Of a stretch of 64,000 nt of DNA, positions 22,586 to 33,569 are shown in pieces. Under the pieces are notes generated by a model, which was not told the DNA's origin, did not search any database, and worked only from the letters and a program-made list of their open reading frames with translations. The translations under genes and the position numbers were made by a program. The DNA comes from an uncultured Candidatus Binatia bacterium (GTDB lineage Bacteria > Desulfobacterota > Binatia > Bin18), in the NCBI GenBank assembly GCA_965214605.1, contig OZ243961.1:1056001-1120000 (forward strand). Direction: 5' to 3'. The first letter of the stretch is position 1, and each line of letters starts with the position of its first letter.

Positions 22586-23530
22586 GTGAAGCGCATTCCG
22601 TTTGTGACAACTTTTCTGAACTATATTGATGCTGAGGCCCGGTCGGAAACCTTCTCGTCCGAGGGTGATCAGCGGCGCCCCGACTGGTTTCGTATTTCCC
22701 CCTATATTGCCATCCACCTGATGTGCTTAGGTGTGATCTGGGTAGGCTGGAGTTGGACAGCTCTAGGGGTGGCCGGCTTCTTGTACGTCTTGCGGACGTT
22801 TGCGATTACCGGCTTTTATCATCGTTATTTTTCACATCGGGCATTTAAAACCTCGCGCTGGTTTCAGTTTCTGTTCGGAGTGATCGGGACGGCCGCCATT
22901 CAGCGTGGTCCCCTGTGGTGGGCCGCCCATCACCGCCACCATCACGCCCATTCCGACCAACCGGACGATGCCCACTCGCCCGTTCAACACGGCTTTTTGT
23001 GGAGTCATATGGGCTGGTTTACCGCGCCGGTCAACTTTCCCACTAAATTCAAACTCATTCCCGATTTTGCCAAGTTCCCCGAGCTGCGCTTTCTGGATCG
23101 TTTCGACCTAGTCGTGTCTTTTCTGATAGGCGCGGCGGTCTTTTTCCTGGGTGTCTTCCTCCCTGCCGAACTGAATACCAGCGGCATGCAAATGCTGATC
23201 TGGTTCTTTATTTCGACCGTCGCCCTGTACCACATTACCTACACGATTAACTCAGTCGCCCATGTTGTCGGCACCCGTCGTTACCAGACCCCTGATGCCA
23301 GTCGCAACAATTTCCTTCTGGCGCTGCTCACCTTTGGCGAAGGCTGGCATAACAACCACCACTACTATCCCAACACTGCCCGGCAGGGATTCTATTGGTG
23401 GGAAATTGATCTCACCTACTACATCATTGTGATGCTGTCGTGGGTCGGCCTGGTGTGGGATGTCAAGTCCGTACCAGCAGAAATCCGTGATCCCAAGCCG
23501 GGGAAAGTCGCCGATATTACCGCCTTATGA
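22586..23530 (+). CDS. Acyl-CoA (delta-9-like) fatty acid desaturase
   Basis: His boxes HRYFSH, HRHHH, HNNHH; start GTG 22586 (or 22562). Confidence 0.93.
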   Translation: MKRIPFVTTFLNYIDAEARSETFSSEGDQRRPDWFRISPYIAIHLMCLGVIWVGWSWTALGVAGFLYVLRTFAITGFYHRYFSHRAFKTSRWFQFLFGVIGTAAIQRGPLWWAAHHRHHHAHSDQPDDAHSPVQHGFLWSHMGWFTAPVNFPTKFKLIPDFAKFPELRFLDRFDLVVSFLIGAAVFFLGVFLPAELNTSGMQMLIWFFISTVALYHITYTINSVAHVVGTRRYQTPDASRNNFLLALLTFGEGWHNNHHYYPNTARQGFYWWEIDLTYYIIVMLSWVGLVWDVKSVPAEIRDPKPGKVADITAL

Positions 23531-23539
23531 AGATTACTA

Positions 23540-24673
23540 TCAATCCAGCTCAATCCGGTACAAGCGAGCGGCGTTCTCAGCCACGATCTTGCGGGTGATG
23601 TGTTCCGGTACGCCAACAAAGTCTCGGGCAATGACACGGCGTGAGTTGGGCCAAGTAGTATCGGTGTGCGGAAAATCTGAGGCCCACATAAAGTTATCCG
23701 CACCAAAGAAGCGATAGTTAGTCGGACCGATCGGGTCGTCCTGAAAGGTAGCCCAAATCTGGCGGCGGGCATAGTCGCTGGGCTTCATCGACAAGGGCCG
23801 TTGGACCATCGCGCCAAATTTCTCATGGGCATGGTCCAGACGGTGAACGTAATGGGCAAACCAACCCACATCGCTTTCGGCCGAGACAATCTTGAGGCCC
23901 GGGAAACGCTCCAACACCCCACCTAGGATAAAGGCACTGAGTGACTTTTGGACCTCGTTGAAGAGATGCACGAAGCGTAGCGCGGTGTGATTAACGGACC
24001 CGCTCGAACCGGCGTTCATCACCACGCGGTCATGGGTATTACGGCTCGTCACTACATGGAGTGAAATCGGTAGCCCGAGCTCCTGTGCCACGGCCCAAAA
24101 CGGATCGTACAGCGGACTATAATACGGCCGGTCAGCTGGCGGAGCGCCCCAGATCATCCCACCCTTAAGGTCCAACTTGGCGGCGCGTTGGAGTTCTGTG
24201 ACGGCAGCCGGAATTTCTTCAAGGGAGATCAGGGCAACCGGATGGAGGCGTTTGGGATTATGGGAACGAAACTCGGCCACCCAGTCATTGTAGACTCGAA
24301 AGCACGCTTGCTGGAGCGCAACATCGGTGAGCTGAAACAAGGCTAAACCCAGGGTGGTGTAGATCACCTCGGCCTCGACTCCGTCGATATCCTGATCCTT
24401 GAGCCGCTCGACCGGGTCCCAGCCGCTTGGACGAGCCGCTTCGTACCCACGCTTTAGATGCGCTTTGAGTGCTTCGCCGCTCCGGCCGGCTGAAAATCCG
24501 CCAGCTACCGGAAACGGGGTGATCCCGGGTGCGATGAAAAAATGACCGGGTTTGTCTGGATGGTGAACAACCCGTGGGGCCCGATCCTGAAACCGCTTAT
24601 CTAGCCGACCGGTCCAGAGGTCGGGTGGTTCGGTCATATGTGAGTCAGCCGAGATAACATGCAGCTTGTCCAT
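23540..24673 (-). CDS. Amidohydrolase_2-family protein
   Basis: ISADSHMTEPPDLW, YNDW, SLHV, ESDVGW, MWASDFPHTDTTWP. Confidence 0.88.
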   Translation of the reverse strand: MDKLHVISADSHMTEPPDLWTGRLDKRFQDRAPRVVHHPDKPGHFFIAPGITPFPVAGGFSAGRSGEALKAHLKRGYEAARPSGWDPVERLKDQDIDGVEAEVIYTTLGLALFQLTDVALQQACFRVYNDWVAEFRSHNPKRLHPVALISLEEIPAAVTELQRAAKLDLKGGMIWGAPPADRPYYSPLYDPFWAVAQELGLPISLHVVTSRNTHDRVVMNAGSSGSVNHTALRFVHLFNEVQKSLSAFILGGVLERFPGLKIVSAESDVGWFAHYVHRLDHAHEKFGAMVQRPLSMKPSDYARRQIWATFQDDPIGPTNYRFFGADNFMWASDFPHTDTTWPNSRRVIARDFVGVPEHITRKIVAENAARLYRIELD

Positions 24674-24845
24674 GAAGCCTGCTCCTTTGGAGGCGCCTTG
24701 CTAACACACGCGTACCGTTCGGATCCCTACCTGTCAATGTATGGCGGACCGCTGAAACGGAACGCCCGGCTGGAACCGCCTTGGGGTTTGTGGTCAGGTC
24801 GGCTATAGTCATCTTAATCAGTGAATTTACACAGGTGAGGCACGC

Positions 24846-26156
24846 ATGACATCGCCGCCCTCCTCCTCTCTTCCGACCCTCCAGGAAGATCCCCGCTACT
24901 CATACTCCTCTCCCCAACAGGGTCTCCGGCACGAATCGGACCAGAACCGACTGATTTTCGGCGATAATCTACCGGTCCTACAGGCGCTGCTGCCCGAGTT
25001 TACCGAGACCGTCAAATGCGTCTACATTGACCCTCCCTATACTCCTGCCAGCAGCGTCTCCAACGCCCACATAGGGCATACGCGGTGGCTGGACTTTATG
25101 AGGCCGCGTCTCAGCCTGCTCCATGTGCTGTTGCGCAGCGACGGTCTGCTAGCGGTACAGATTGATGATAACGAATTTGCCCGCCTATACCTACTGATGG
25201 CCGAACTGTTTGAGGAACGCAACCTCAAGGTCGTGTGCGTAAAAATGGCTGAACCAACCGGCGTAAAAATGGCCAACGTCCTCAAGTACGGCGGCCTGCC
25301 AAAACTCAAGGAGTATATTATCCTAGCCGGCAAGTCGGGGATCCGTGACTTACATCTCGAACGGGTCCGCAAGAGCGGTTGGGATCAAGAATATTGCCTA
25401 GTGCTCAGTCAGACGAGCTATACCGACGTGCAGCGCCTCAAAGCCATTATCGCTAACCCGGATCGCAGCCCGGCCGACGTCCAGCGGGCCGACGCTATTT
25501 GTGCCCAGTTTCGCTTTGAGCCGGCGGAAAATGTCTATCGGCGGGAAGCGCCAACCCGGACTAGCCAACAAGACTGGCGCTACCAGAATGCCTGGCGGAT
25601 CGTGCGGACCTGCGCTACAAGTGCGACGGCCAAGCGCTTGGCCGATGAACGCCGCCATAGTTTGCGCTGCGGCGCCTTCACAGTTGAGACGCCGCAGCGC
25701 AAACTGTACATGATCAAAGCCAACTACAATCCGACCCATGCCCAACCCCGTATGCGTCTCCTGTTTGCTGATGACTACCTGACCGTCCATCCAGGAGACT
25801 TCTGGTCCGATATTAAAACGACCGGTTTGGGTGATGAGGGCAACGTCGACTTTATTAACAGCAAAAAACCTGAAGCCCTCCTCAAGCGCATCATCGGTAT
25901 GGCGACTAGCCCGAACGAATGGGTGCTCGACGCCTTTGCCGGTTCGGGCACGACCGGGGCGGTGGCGCATAAAATGGGCCGGCGCTGGCTGCTGATTGAA
26001 AACGGCCCGCAGTGTCACTCGCACATTCTTCCCCGCCTGCGGCGGGTTATTGACGGAACCGATCAGACCGGTGTGTCAAAAGCGGTCCGCTGGCACGGTG
26101 GCGGCGGTTTTCGCTACTTCCATCTGAATGCGTCGTTCCCAGCTATGGAGGAATAA
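24846..26156 (+). CDS. Site-specific DNA methyltransferase (N6A/N4C beta-class, type III Mod-like), no res partner nearby
   Basis: LIFGDNL, YIDPPY, QIDDNE, KKPEALLKRII, LDAFAGSGTTGAVAHKMGRRW, GGGGFRYF. Confidence 0.9.
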   Translation: MTSPPSSSLPTLQEDPRYSYSSPQQGLRHESDQNRLIFGDNLPVLQALLPEFTETVKCVYIDPPYTPASSVSNAHIGHTRWLDFMRPRLSLLHVLLRSDGLLAVQIDDNEFARLYLLMAELFEERNLKVVCVKMAEPTGVKMANVLKYGGLPKLKEYIILAGKSGIRDLHLERVRKSGWDQEYCLVLSQTSYTDVQRLKAIIANPDRSPADVQRADAICAQFRFEPAENVYRREAPTRTSQQDWRYQNAWRIVRTCATSATAKRLADERRHSLRCGAFTVETPQRKLYMIKANYNPTHAQPRMRLLFADDYLTVHPGDFWSDIKTTGLGDEGNVDFINSKKPEALLKRIIGMATSPNEWVLDAFAGSGTTGAVAHKMGRRWLLIENGPQCHSHILPRLRRVIDGTDQTGVSKAVRWHGGGGFRYFHLNASFPAMEE

Positions 26157-26161
26157 GTAGC

Positions 26162-27658
26162 ATGCAAACAAAAATCACCGGGCGTTTGGTCGTCGTCTCA
26201 AACCGCACGCCAGATTTGACAAAGCCAAAGACTCCAGCCGAGACCCGCAAACAGGCGGCCGGTGGTTTAGTCAGTGCCCTGCGGCCTGCCCTGCTGGAAA
26301 CCGGCGGGATGTGGTTTGGCTGGAGCGGCAAAACCACCCGCCACCGAGAACACCATGTCTCCCAGAAACGCCAAATTGGTCCCGTCCAACTCATAACCGT
26401 GAATCTGTCAGAGGAAGAAGTCCACGATTTTTACGTCAGTTTTTGCAACCGGACTTTGTGGCCGCTGTTTCACAGTTTTCCGGCCCAGGTGCGGATCGTC
26501 AGCAGCGCATATCGCACCTATCGTCGTATCAACCGCTATTTTGCCGCTCATCTCGCCCCCCTGCTCAAACCAAACGATTTGGTCTGGGTGCACGACTATC
26601 ACCTCATCCCTCTGGGCATGGAGTTACGACGCCTGGGTTGGGAAGGACGCCTCGGATTTTTTCTGCACATTCCGTTTCCGCCGGTTGATATGTTGACCAT
26701 CTCACCCCATTCTCGCTCCTTGCTGGAAGACCTAGAAGCATATGACTTGGTTGGCTTTCATACCAAGCGCTACCGGAAAAACTGCGCCGATGCCCTCGAG
26801 TCAGAACTTGGTGGCAGATTTGACGGACGGCTCTATCACCACGACAGAGCCAGAGTTCAGCTCGGAGTATACGCGATTGGCACTGATCCCGACACTTTTG
26901 CCACCTGGGCCAAGAGCCCCGAGGCCAGCCGCCAGGCCAGCAAACTGCGTCAGATGGTTCGTGGCCGACGTATCTTGCTCGGTGTCGACCGACTTGACTA
27001 TACCAAGGGTATCTGTGAGCGGCTGCTGGCCTTTGACCGACTGCTCGAACGCCACCCGTCGTGGCGCGACCAAGTGTCCATGACTCAGATCTCAGCTCCG
27101 TCACGCACCCGGGTGCCGGAATATGCCGCCCAGAAACGCGAGGTTGATCGCCTAGTCGGAGAAATCAACGGACGCTACTCCGAGGACGACTGGATTCCGG
27201 TGAGGCATTTGTATCGGTCCTACACCCAAGAAGAGCTGGCCGCCTTTTACCGCGAAGCCGATGTATGTCTGGTCACGCCCCTGCGGGACGGTATGAACCT
27301 TGTCGCCAAGGAGTATATTGCGGCCCAGACCGACAGCCCAGGTGTACTCCTTCTGTCTCAATTCTGCGGCACGGCTGAAGACCTCACCGAAGCTCTTATT
27401 GTCAATCCGTACGATATTGACGGCACGACCTCGGCCCTCAACCGGGCCTTGAACATGGATTTAGCCGAACGGCGTGAGCGCTGGCAAGCCCTGAATAAAC
27501 GGGTACGCGAGCGTACAGCCCAAACCTGGCGGGACCGTTTTTTGGCCGATCTGGAAAAAAGAGACCCACCTGGGATCAAATCTACAGACTTGTCCGACGC
27601 TGGCGAACACGGCAAAGCAGGAGAGCAAGTAGCCTGTGCGCTTGAGCAGGAACAGTGA
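26162..27658 (+). CDS. otsA: Trehalose-6-phosphate synthase (GT20)
   Basis: VVSNR, AGGLV, WFGWSG, WVHDYHL, FFLHIPFP, GVDRLDYTKG, RDGMNLVAKEY. Confidence 0.92.
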   Translation: MQTKITGRLVVVSNRTPDLTKPKTPAETRKQAAGGLVSALRPALLETGGMWFGWSGKTTRHREHHVSQKRQIGPVQLITVNLSEEEVHDFYVSFCNRTLWPLFHSFPAQVRIVSSAYRTYRRINRYFAAHLAPLLKPNDLVWVHDYHLIPLGMELRRLGWEGRLGFFLHIPFPPVDMLTISPHSRSLLEDLEAYDLVGFHTKRYRKNCADALESELGGRFDGRLYHHDRARVQLGVYAIGTDPDTFATWAKSPEASRQASKLRQMVRGRRILLGVDRLDYTKGICERLLAFDRLLERHPSWRDQVSMTQISAPSRTRVPEYAAQKREVDRLVGEINGRYSEDDWIPVRHLYRSYTQEELAAFYREADVCLVTPLRDGMNLVAKEYIAAQTDSPGVLLLSQFCGTAEDLTEALIVNPYDIDGTTSALNRALNMDLAERRERWQALNKRVRERTAQTWRDRFLADLEKRDPPGIKSTDLSDAGEHGKAGEQVACALEQEQ

Positions 27659-27839
27659 CGGTTGAAAGTCGATTCCACGGCAAAGTCACCAAAGACGGAA
27701 CAGGAACGGCAGTCGCGTCGGAGTACGGTTGGTTCCTTGCTCTCCGGGCACCAGGTCACGAACTTCTATCTGGAACACTGGATCTGTCACTGCTCTCTCA
27801 CGCAGAGAGGCGTGAAGCTCGTTCGTGGCCTCATTCATA

Positions 27840-28020
27840 GCCCACCGATATTGCTCCGCCGATTGTCCGCCACCTCCGGGTGGCCACCATTGTCACCTAC
27901 GCAGAAGGTCACCGTACTCCGCCACTGACCAGCCGCTTGCAACACCGCTATCAGCCGCCCAATACTCTGGTCTAGGGACTCCACCATCGCTAGGTAGCGA
28001 CGCCGCTCGTCGGCCTTTCT
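27840..28020 (-). pseudogene. Sulfatase fragment
   Basis: RRRYLAMVESLDQSIGRLIAVLQAAGQWRSTVTFCVGDNGG matches the sulfatase 'Y.AMV..LD..IG...NT...F.SDNG' segment; N-terminal catalytic motif absent. Confidence 0.7.
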
Positions 28021-28099
28021 ATCGACCCTTCCCGGGCGCGCTGTCCGGCTTGTCCCTCTTGTCGGGTGCCTGAAGAGGACGGAGGCGGGCGCTGTCAGC

Positions 28100-29389
<1,290 letters not shown>

Positions 29390-29413
29390 CTTTCCAGCTC
29401 GCCCGCCCCCTGT

Positions 29414-29835
29414 CTAGCCCCTAGCATAACACTGTGGAAAGTCTCCTGGGCGAAAGCCAGCCCAGACCGCCATGCCACGCACCAGGCAATAGCGCTCCCA
29501 CATGGTGAGAAAAGCCTCCACCACCCTACGGTCCGTCAGGCGAAAGTCCCCCCTGTCAAGGGGGATGCATCGGTGAGGCGGGCCAGGAGCCGGTAGAACG
29601 CCTTGGAGGTCCAACGCTTGAAGGCCGTCTCCCCTCGCGGCTCACCCGCCCGCCAGAGGCGACGGCGCCGCCCTGTCGCCAATGACCTCAGGCGGGTCTT
29701 GGAGGTCGGCGTCGATGAGGACGACCGCATCGCCACTAGGTGTTCTAAGCCGGCGGTGGCGGCTAGCTGCTGGCCGAAATTCTGGGACAGGGCCAGGACA
29801 CGGACCCGCGAATCGGCCCGCTGGAGTCCCCGCAA
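29414..29835 (-). pseudogene. Decayed GT2 GtrB/DPM1-like bactoprenol glycosyltransferase
   Basis: LSQNFGQQLAATAGLEH / GDAVVLIDADLQDPPEVI / GETAFKRWTSKAFYRLL / IPLDRGDFRLTDRRVVEAF...VRGMAVWAGFR in three frames. Confidence 0.85.
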
Positions 29836-29839
29836 TAGG

Positions 29840-30070
29840 TCCAGGGATGAGCAGCCCGCAGACCAAGCTCCCCAGGAGAAGGAACAGGTGGGTCAGCAGG
29901 TGGCGCATGAGGAAAATACTCCGGGAGGCCTCAAGATCCAGCCCTTGCTCAATCAGCAGCAACGGCAGCTCGGGGGCGACCCCGTATAGGCGTTGATGCC
30001 TCTCAAGCTCACCGTTGGGCTTACCCGGAATATAGTCCACAGTAGCACTGGCTATGCGACGTTGCGTAAA
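29840..30070 (-). pseudogene. Fragment of a membrane (GT-C/ArnT-like) glycosyltransferase
   Basis: YGVAPELPLLLIEQGLDLEASRSIFLMRHLLTHLFLLLG resembles N-terminal segments of lipid-carrier-dependent GTs (recalled similarity); abruptly joined to the GT2 remnant. Confidence 0.5.
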
Positions 30071-30165
30071 CTCGTCAGTTGACACGCCATCGAGCCCCAA
30101 TACTGAGAACGGCGGGCACCGCTTTGCTATAGCAAGCGTCCTTTCCCTCACTCTGTCAAAGCTCG

Positions 30166-31155
30166 TTACATCGTCTTCTCTACCCACAAACCAATATGCT
30201 CGCGGACCTCGGCCATCGTCTGCTGGGCAACTGCTCGGGCTTTGAGGGCGCCCTCATGCAGGATCTCTTCAATTCGGCTGGGCTGCGTCCGTAACTCGGC
30301 TCGGCGTTCGCGGATAGTCTGCAAATGGGCAATCAGATTATCGGCCAAGGCAGCCTTGCACTCAAAACAGCCGATGTCGGCCGTGGTACAACCCGAACGC
30401 ACCCACCCCAGGCATTCTGTATCCGAGAAAAAGGTATGTAAGGTATGGAGATTGCATACGTCCGGGTTGCCGGGATCTTTGCGACGCACTCGCTGCGGGT
30501 CGGTCGCCGCGGTGGCTAGCTGTTTGCGAATCTGTTCGTCGGCTTCACCGAGCGCAATGGTATTGCCGAGGGATTTTGACATTTTTGCCTGACCGTCTAA
30601 TCCCAGAATTTTTGGCGTACTCGACAGCAGAGCCTGCGGCTCGGGGAAATAGTTACCCCAGCGTTTGTTGAATCGGCGCACAATCTCCCGCGCTAATTCG
30701 AGGTGCTGGATCTGATCAACACCGACCGGCACCAGAGTGGCTTTGTACAGAATAATGTCGGCCGTCTGAAGTACTGGATAGCTGAACAACCCAGTGTTGA
30801 TATTATCCGCCTGCTTGGCAGCCTTGTCCTTAAACTGGGTCATGCGTCCTAGTTCGCCAAACGGCGTGACCGTGTCGAGAATCCAGCACAGCTCGGTATG
30901 CTCGGCCACGCTCGACTGCACAAACACGACCGACCGCTCAGGATCGATGCCACAGGCGATCAGGTCGGTCGCCATCTCCAGGGTCTGACGTGAGAGCGCG
31001 TCGCGTTCATAGTCCTGGGTGACGGCGTGGTAATCAACCACGCAGAAAAAACATTGGTACTGATCCTGTAAGGTCACCCAGTTTCGTACCGCCCCTAGAT
31101 AGTTACCCAAGTGCATTTCACCGGAAGGCTGAATCCCGCTAAAAACCGTCTCCAT
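30166..31155 (-). CDS. trpS: Tryptophan--tRNA ligase
   Basis: FSGIQPSGEMHLGNY, YPVLQTADI, VPVGVDQIQHLE, KMSKS. Confidence 0.96.
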   Translation of the reverse strand: METVFSGIQPSGEMHLGNYLGAVRNWVTLQDQYQCFFCVVDYHAVTQDYERDALSRQTLEMATDLIACGIDPERSVVFVQSSVAEHTELCWILDTVTPFGELGRMTQFKDKAAKQADNINTGLFSYPVLQTADIILYKATLVPVGVDQIQHLELAREIVRRFNKRWGNYFPEPQALLSSTPKILGLDGQAKMSKSLGNTIALGEADEQIRKQLATAATDPQRVRRKDPGNPDVCNLHTLHTFFSDTECLGWVRSGCTTADIGCFECKAALADNLIAHLQTIRERRAELRTQPSRIEEILHEGALKARAVAQQTMAEVREHIGLWVEKTM

Positions 31156-31186
31156 AACCCCTATCCTTCCCCTTCCCGTGACCATG

Positions 31187-33565
31187 CTAGCGCAGTTTCA
31201 ATCCCTTAGCACTCAGGAAAGCGATATACTCCTGCTGGAAGACCTCAATCTGCTCACCGCTTAAGGTCCGGCCGGGAGATTCGATCCAATACCGAAACGT
31301 ATAACTGCCCATGCCCGGGTCGATTCCCTTGCCGGTATAGCGCATCACAAACTCGCGTTTTTTGAGCAAGGGGTGCGAAAAACCGTCTAGGGTTCGGACC
31401 AGCTTTGCAAAGCCGGCCTTGAGAGGCGCGATAATAGAAAAATCAAACCACGACCCCGGATATCGAGAGGCGGGCAGGTATGTGACTTCGGGAAACAGCG
31501 GCCCGTCCAAAGCCCTGAAATCCAGCTCAAACCAGACGATTTGGGCTTTGGCGGCCAGCTCGGTCAGCAAAGGGCCAGTCACAAAGCCCAGATTGCCAAC
31601 AGGGGTCGTCCCCCGGCTCATCTTGACATAGCTACCCGCGGTCTGCCACGGTTCGGCGTTCTCAGTCCCCGGTGTGAAATCTAGCTCCCCCACATTCAAC
31701 TGGTCGGCTAGAGCCTCCAGAGCGCCTTTAACCATCCGAAAATGGTCTTCCAGAGGCGCAACCCTGTCCTGCTGAAAGCTGGCTCCAGACAGAAACAGGA
31801 CCTCTTGACGATCGGATTCTCCCACCGCCCAATAGCCTGGTCCTAACTCAAAGATACGGAACTGGTCGCTGTACAGAGTATTTCTCTTGACCACGGCCAG
31901 GATATTGGGAATCAGAGTGGTGCGCAGCCGCACGTTCTGCTCGGCACTCGGGTTGGCCACCCGTAGAGCGGCGTGAGGTTCATAGCCAATGGTTTTCAGC
32001 CAGGTTTCATCGAACCAACTGTAGTTATGGATTTCTGAAAAATTGTACGCTTGGGCCAACAGTCGCCGGGCTTTGTGCTCGGTCCGCAAGCTGTCGTCAA
32101 AGGCCACGGTATCGGCCGAAAAATCCGGCAGCCGGGACTCAAGGTTATCATACCCATGAATGCGGGTGACTTCCTCCAGAATATCAACAGGCAGCGAGAT
32201 ATCCTTCTCGCTCCGAAACGGCGGAATACCGACCCGCAACTCGCCTACGTCCATTTCGCTCTCAAAACCGAGAGAACTCAGGATAGAGATAATTGTGTCA
32301 CCGGAGATGGGGCTGCCGATCCGCCGATCAAAAAAGTCTTTAGGAATACTCAGCCACCGCGTCTCTTGTTTCAGCTCACCGGCGTAGGTAAAGCGTGAGC
32401 GGACCTCGGGCCTGAGCCCGGCCTCGTGCAGTAAGTGGACAAACCGTTCAACGCCTATCTTGGTTATGACAGGCGGCTGCTGTTTTTCAAAGCGTTGGCT
32501 GGCGTCGGTGTGCAGGCCGAGGCGGGTGGCGGTGTGTCGGATACGAGCCGCCTTGAAATTGGCACTCTCCAACAAAAGGCTGGTCGTATTTTGGCTGATC
32601 TCGCTGTCCAGCCCACCCATGATCCCAGCCAAGGCCACCGGTTCTTTTTCATTCCAGATCATCAGGTCGTCCGGCTGTATGGCTCGGACCTGGCCGTCCA
32701 GTGTCGTAAACGTGGCGGTGTGGCCAAACGGAGCGATACGCACGGCTTGCAGACAAGCGCTGTCAAACGCGTGCATGGGCTGGGCGAGTTCGAGCATGAT
32801 ATAGTTGGTCAGATCGACCAGGATATTAAACGTCCGCTGGCCCAAGGCATGCAGCCGATACTGAATCGTCAACGGAGCCGGCACCGTCGCTACCCCAGCC
32901 AGTTCAATGCAGCAGTAACACGGGCAGCCTTCCACGTCTTCAAGCCTGAGCGAATATGCCGGCAGGGTGTCATAGACCGACAGGTCTGCGCGATCCAGCG
33001 GCCGCAACGGCCGCTCCAAGACCGCGGCTACCTCTCGGGCCAGGCCGTAGTGTCCCCACAGGTCCGGCCTGTGGGTCAAGCTCTTATTATCAATCTCAAG
33101 AATCGTGTCGGTAGGCGGAATCAGATCCGACAGCAAACGGCCGCTGGCAATGGACGCGGACAGGTCCATAATTCCAGCATGCCCGCCGCCTAGGCCGAGT
33201 TCCTCGGACGAACACAACACTCCCTGACTGGGACGGCCGGCAACGTATCTTTCCTCTAGGCGCTGCCCGTTGGCCAGCCGTGTCCCGGCCGGCGCAAAGG
33301 CCGAGGTCATGCCCAGCCGCACATTGGGCGCGCCGCACACCGTGCTAAACGTGTCGGTCCCGCACTCCACCTGGACAAAGGAGTTCGTATCAGACAAGGC
33401 TTCGACCAACACCACCCGGCCGACCCGTACCCCGTCTAGGCTACGCGTCAGCGTCTCCACCGTCTCGACCTCGGCCGTCGCCATAGTCAGCCGCTCGGCG
33501 ATCGTAGCCGGAGCGAGACCGGACACATCGACGTATTGGGAAATCCACTCGAGCGAGATCTTCAT
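31187..33565 (-). CDS. pheT: Phenylalanine--tRNA ligase beta subunit
   Basis: MKISLEW, VCGAPN, EIDNKSLTHRPDLWGHYG, QPMHAFD, ALAGIMGG, DILEEVTRIHGY; follows pheS. Confidence 0.95.
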   Translation of the reverse strand: MKISLEWISQYVDVSGLAPATIAERLTMATAEVETVETLTRSLDGVRVGRVVLVEALSDTNSFVQVECGTDTFSTVCGAPNVRLGMTSAFAPAGTRLANGQRLEERYVAGRPSQGVLCSSEELGLGGGHAGIMDLSASIASGRLLSDLIPPTDTILEIDNKSLTHRPDLWGHYGLAREVAAVLERPLRPLDRADLSVYDTLPAYSLRLEDVEGCPCYCCIELAGVATVPAPLTIQYRLHALGQRTFNILVDLTNYIMLELAQPMHAFDSACLQAVRIAPFGHTATFTTLDGQVRAIQPDDLMIWNEKEPVALAGIMGGLDSEISQNTTSLLLESANFKAARIRHTATRLGLHTDASQRFEKQQPPVITKIGVERFVHLLHEAGLRPEVRSRFTYAGELKQETRWLSIPKDFFDRRIGSPISGDTIISILSSLGFESEMDVGELRVGIPPFRSEKDISLPVDILEEVTRIHGYDNLESRLPDFSADTVAFDDSLRTEHKARRLLAQAYNFSEIHNYSWFDETWLKTIGYEPHAALRVANPSAEQNVRLRTTLIPNILAVVKRNTLYSDQFRIFELGPGYWAVGESDRQEVLFLSGASFQQDRVAPLEDHFRMVKGALEALADQLNVGELDFTPGTENAEPWQTAGSYVKMSRGTTPVGNLGFVTGPLLTELAAKAQIVWFELDFRALDGPLFPEVTYLPASRYPGSWFDFSIIAPLKAGFAKLVRTLDGFSHPLLKKREFVMRYTGKGIDPGMGSYTFRYWIESPGRTLSGEQIEVFQQEYIAFLSAKGLKLR

Positions 33566-33569
33566 GGAC

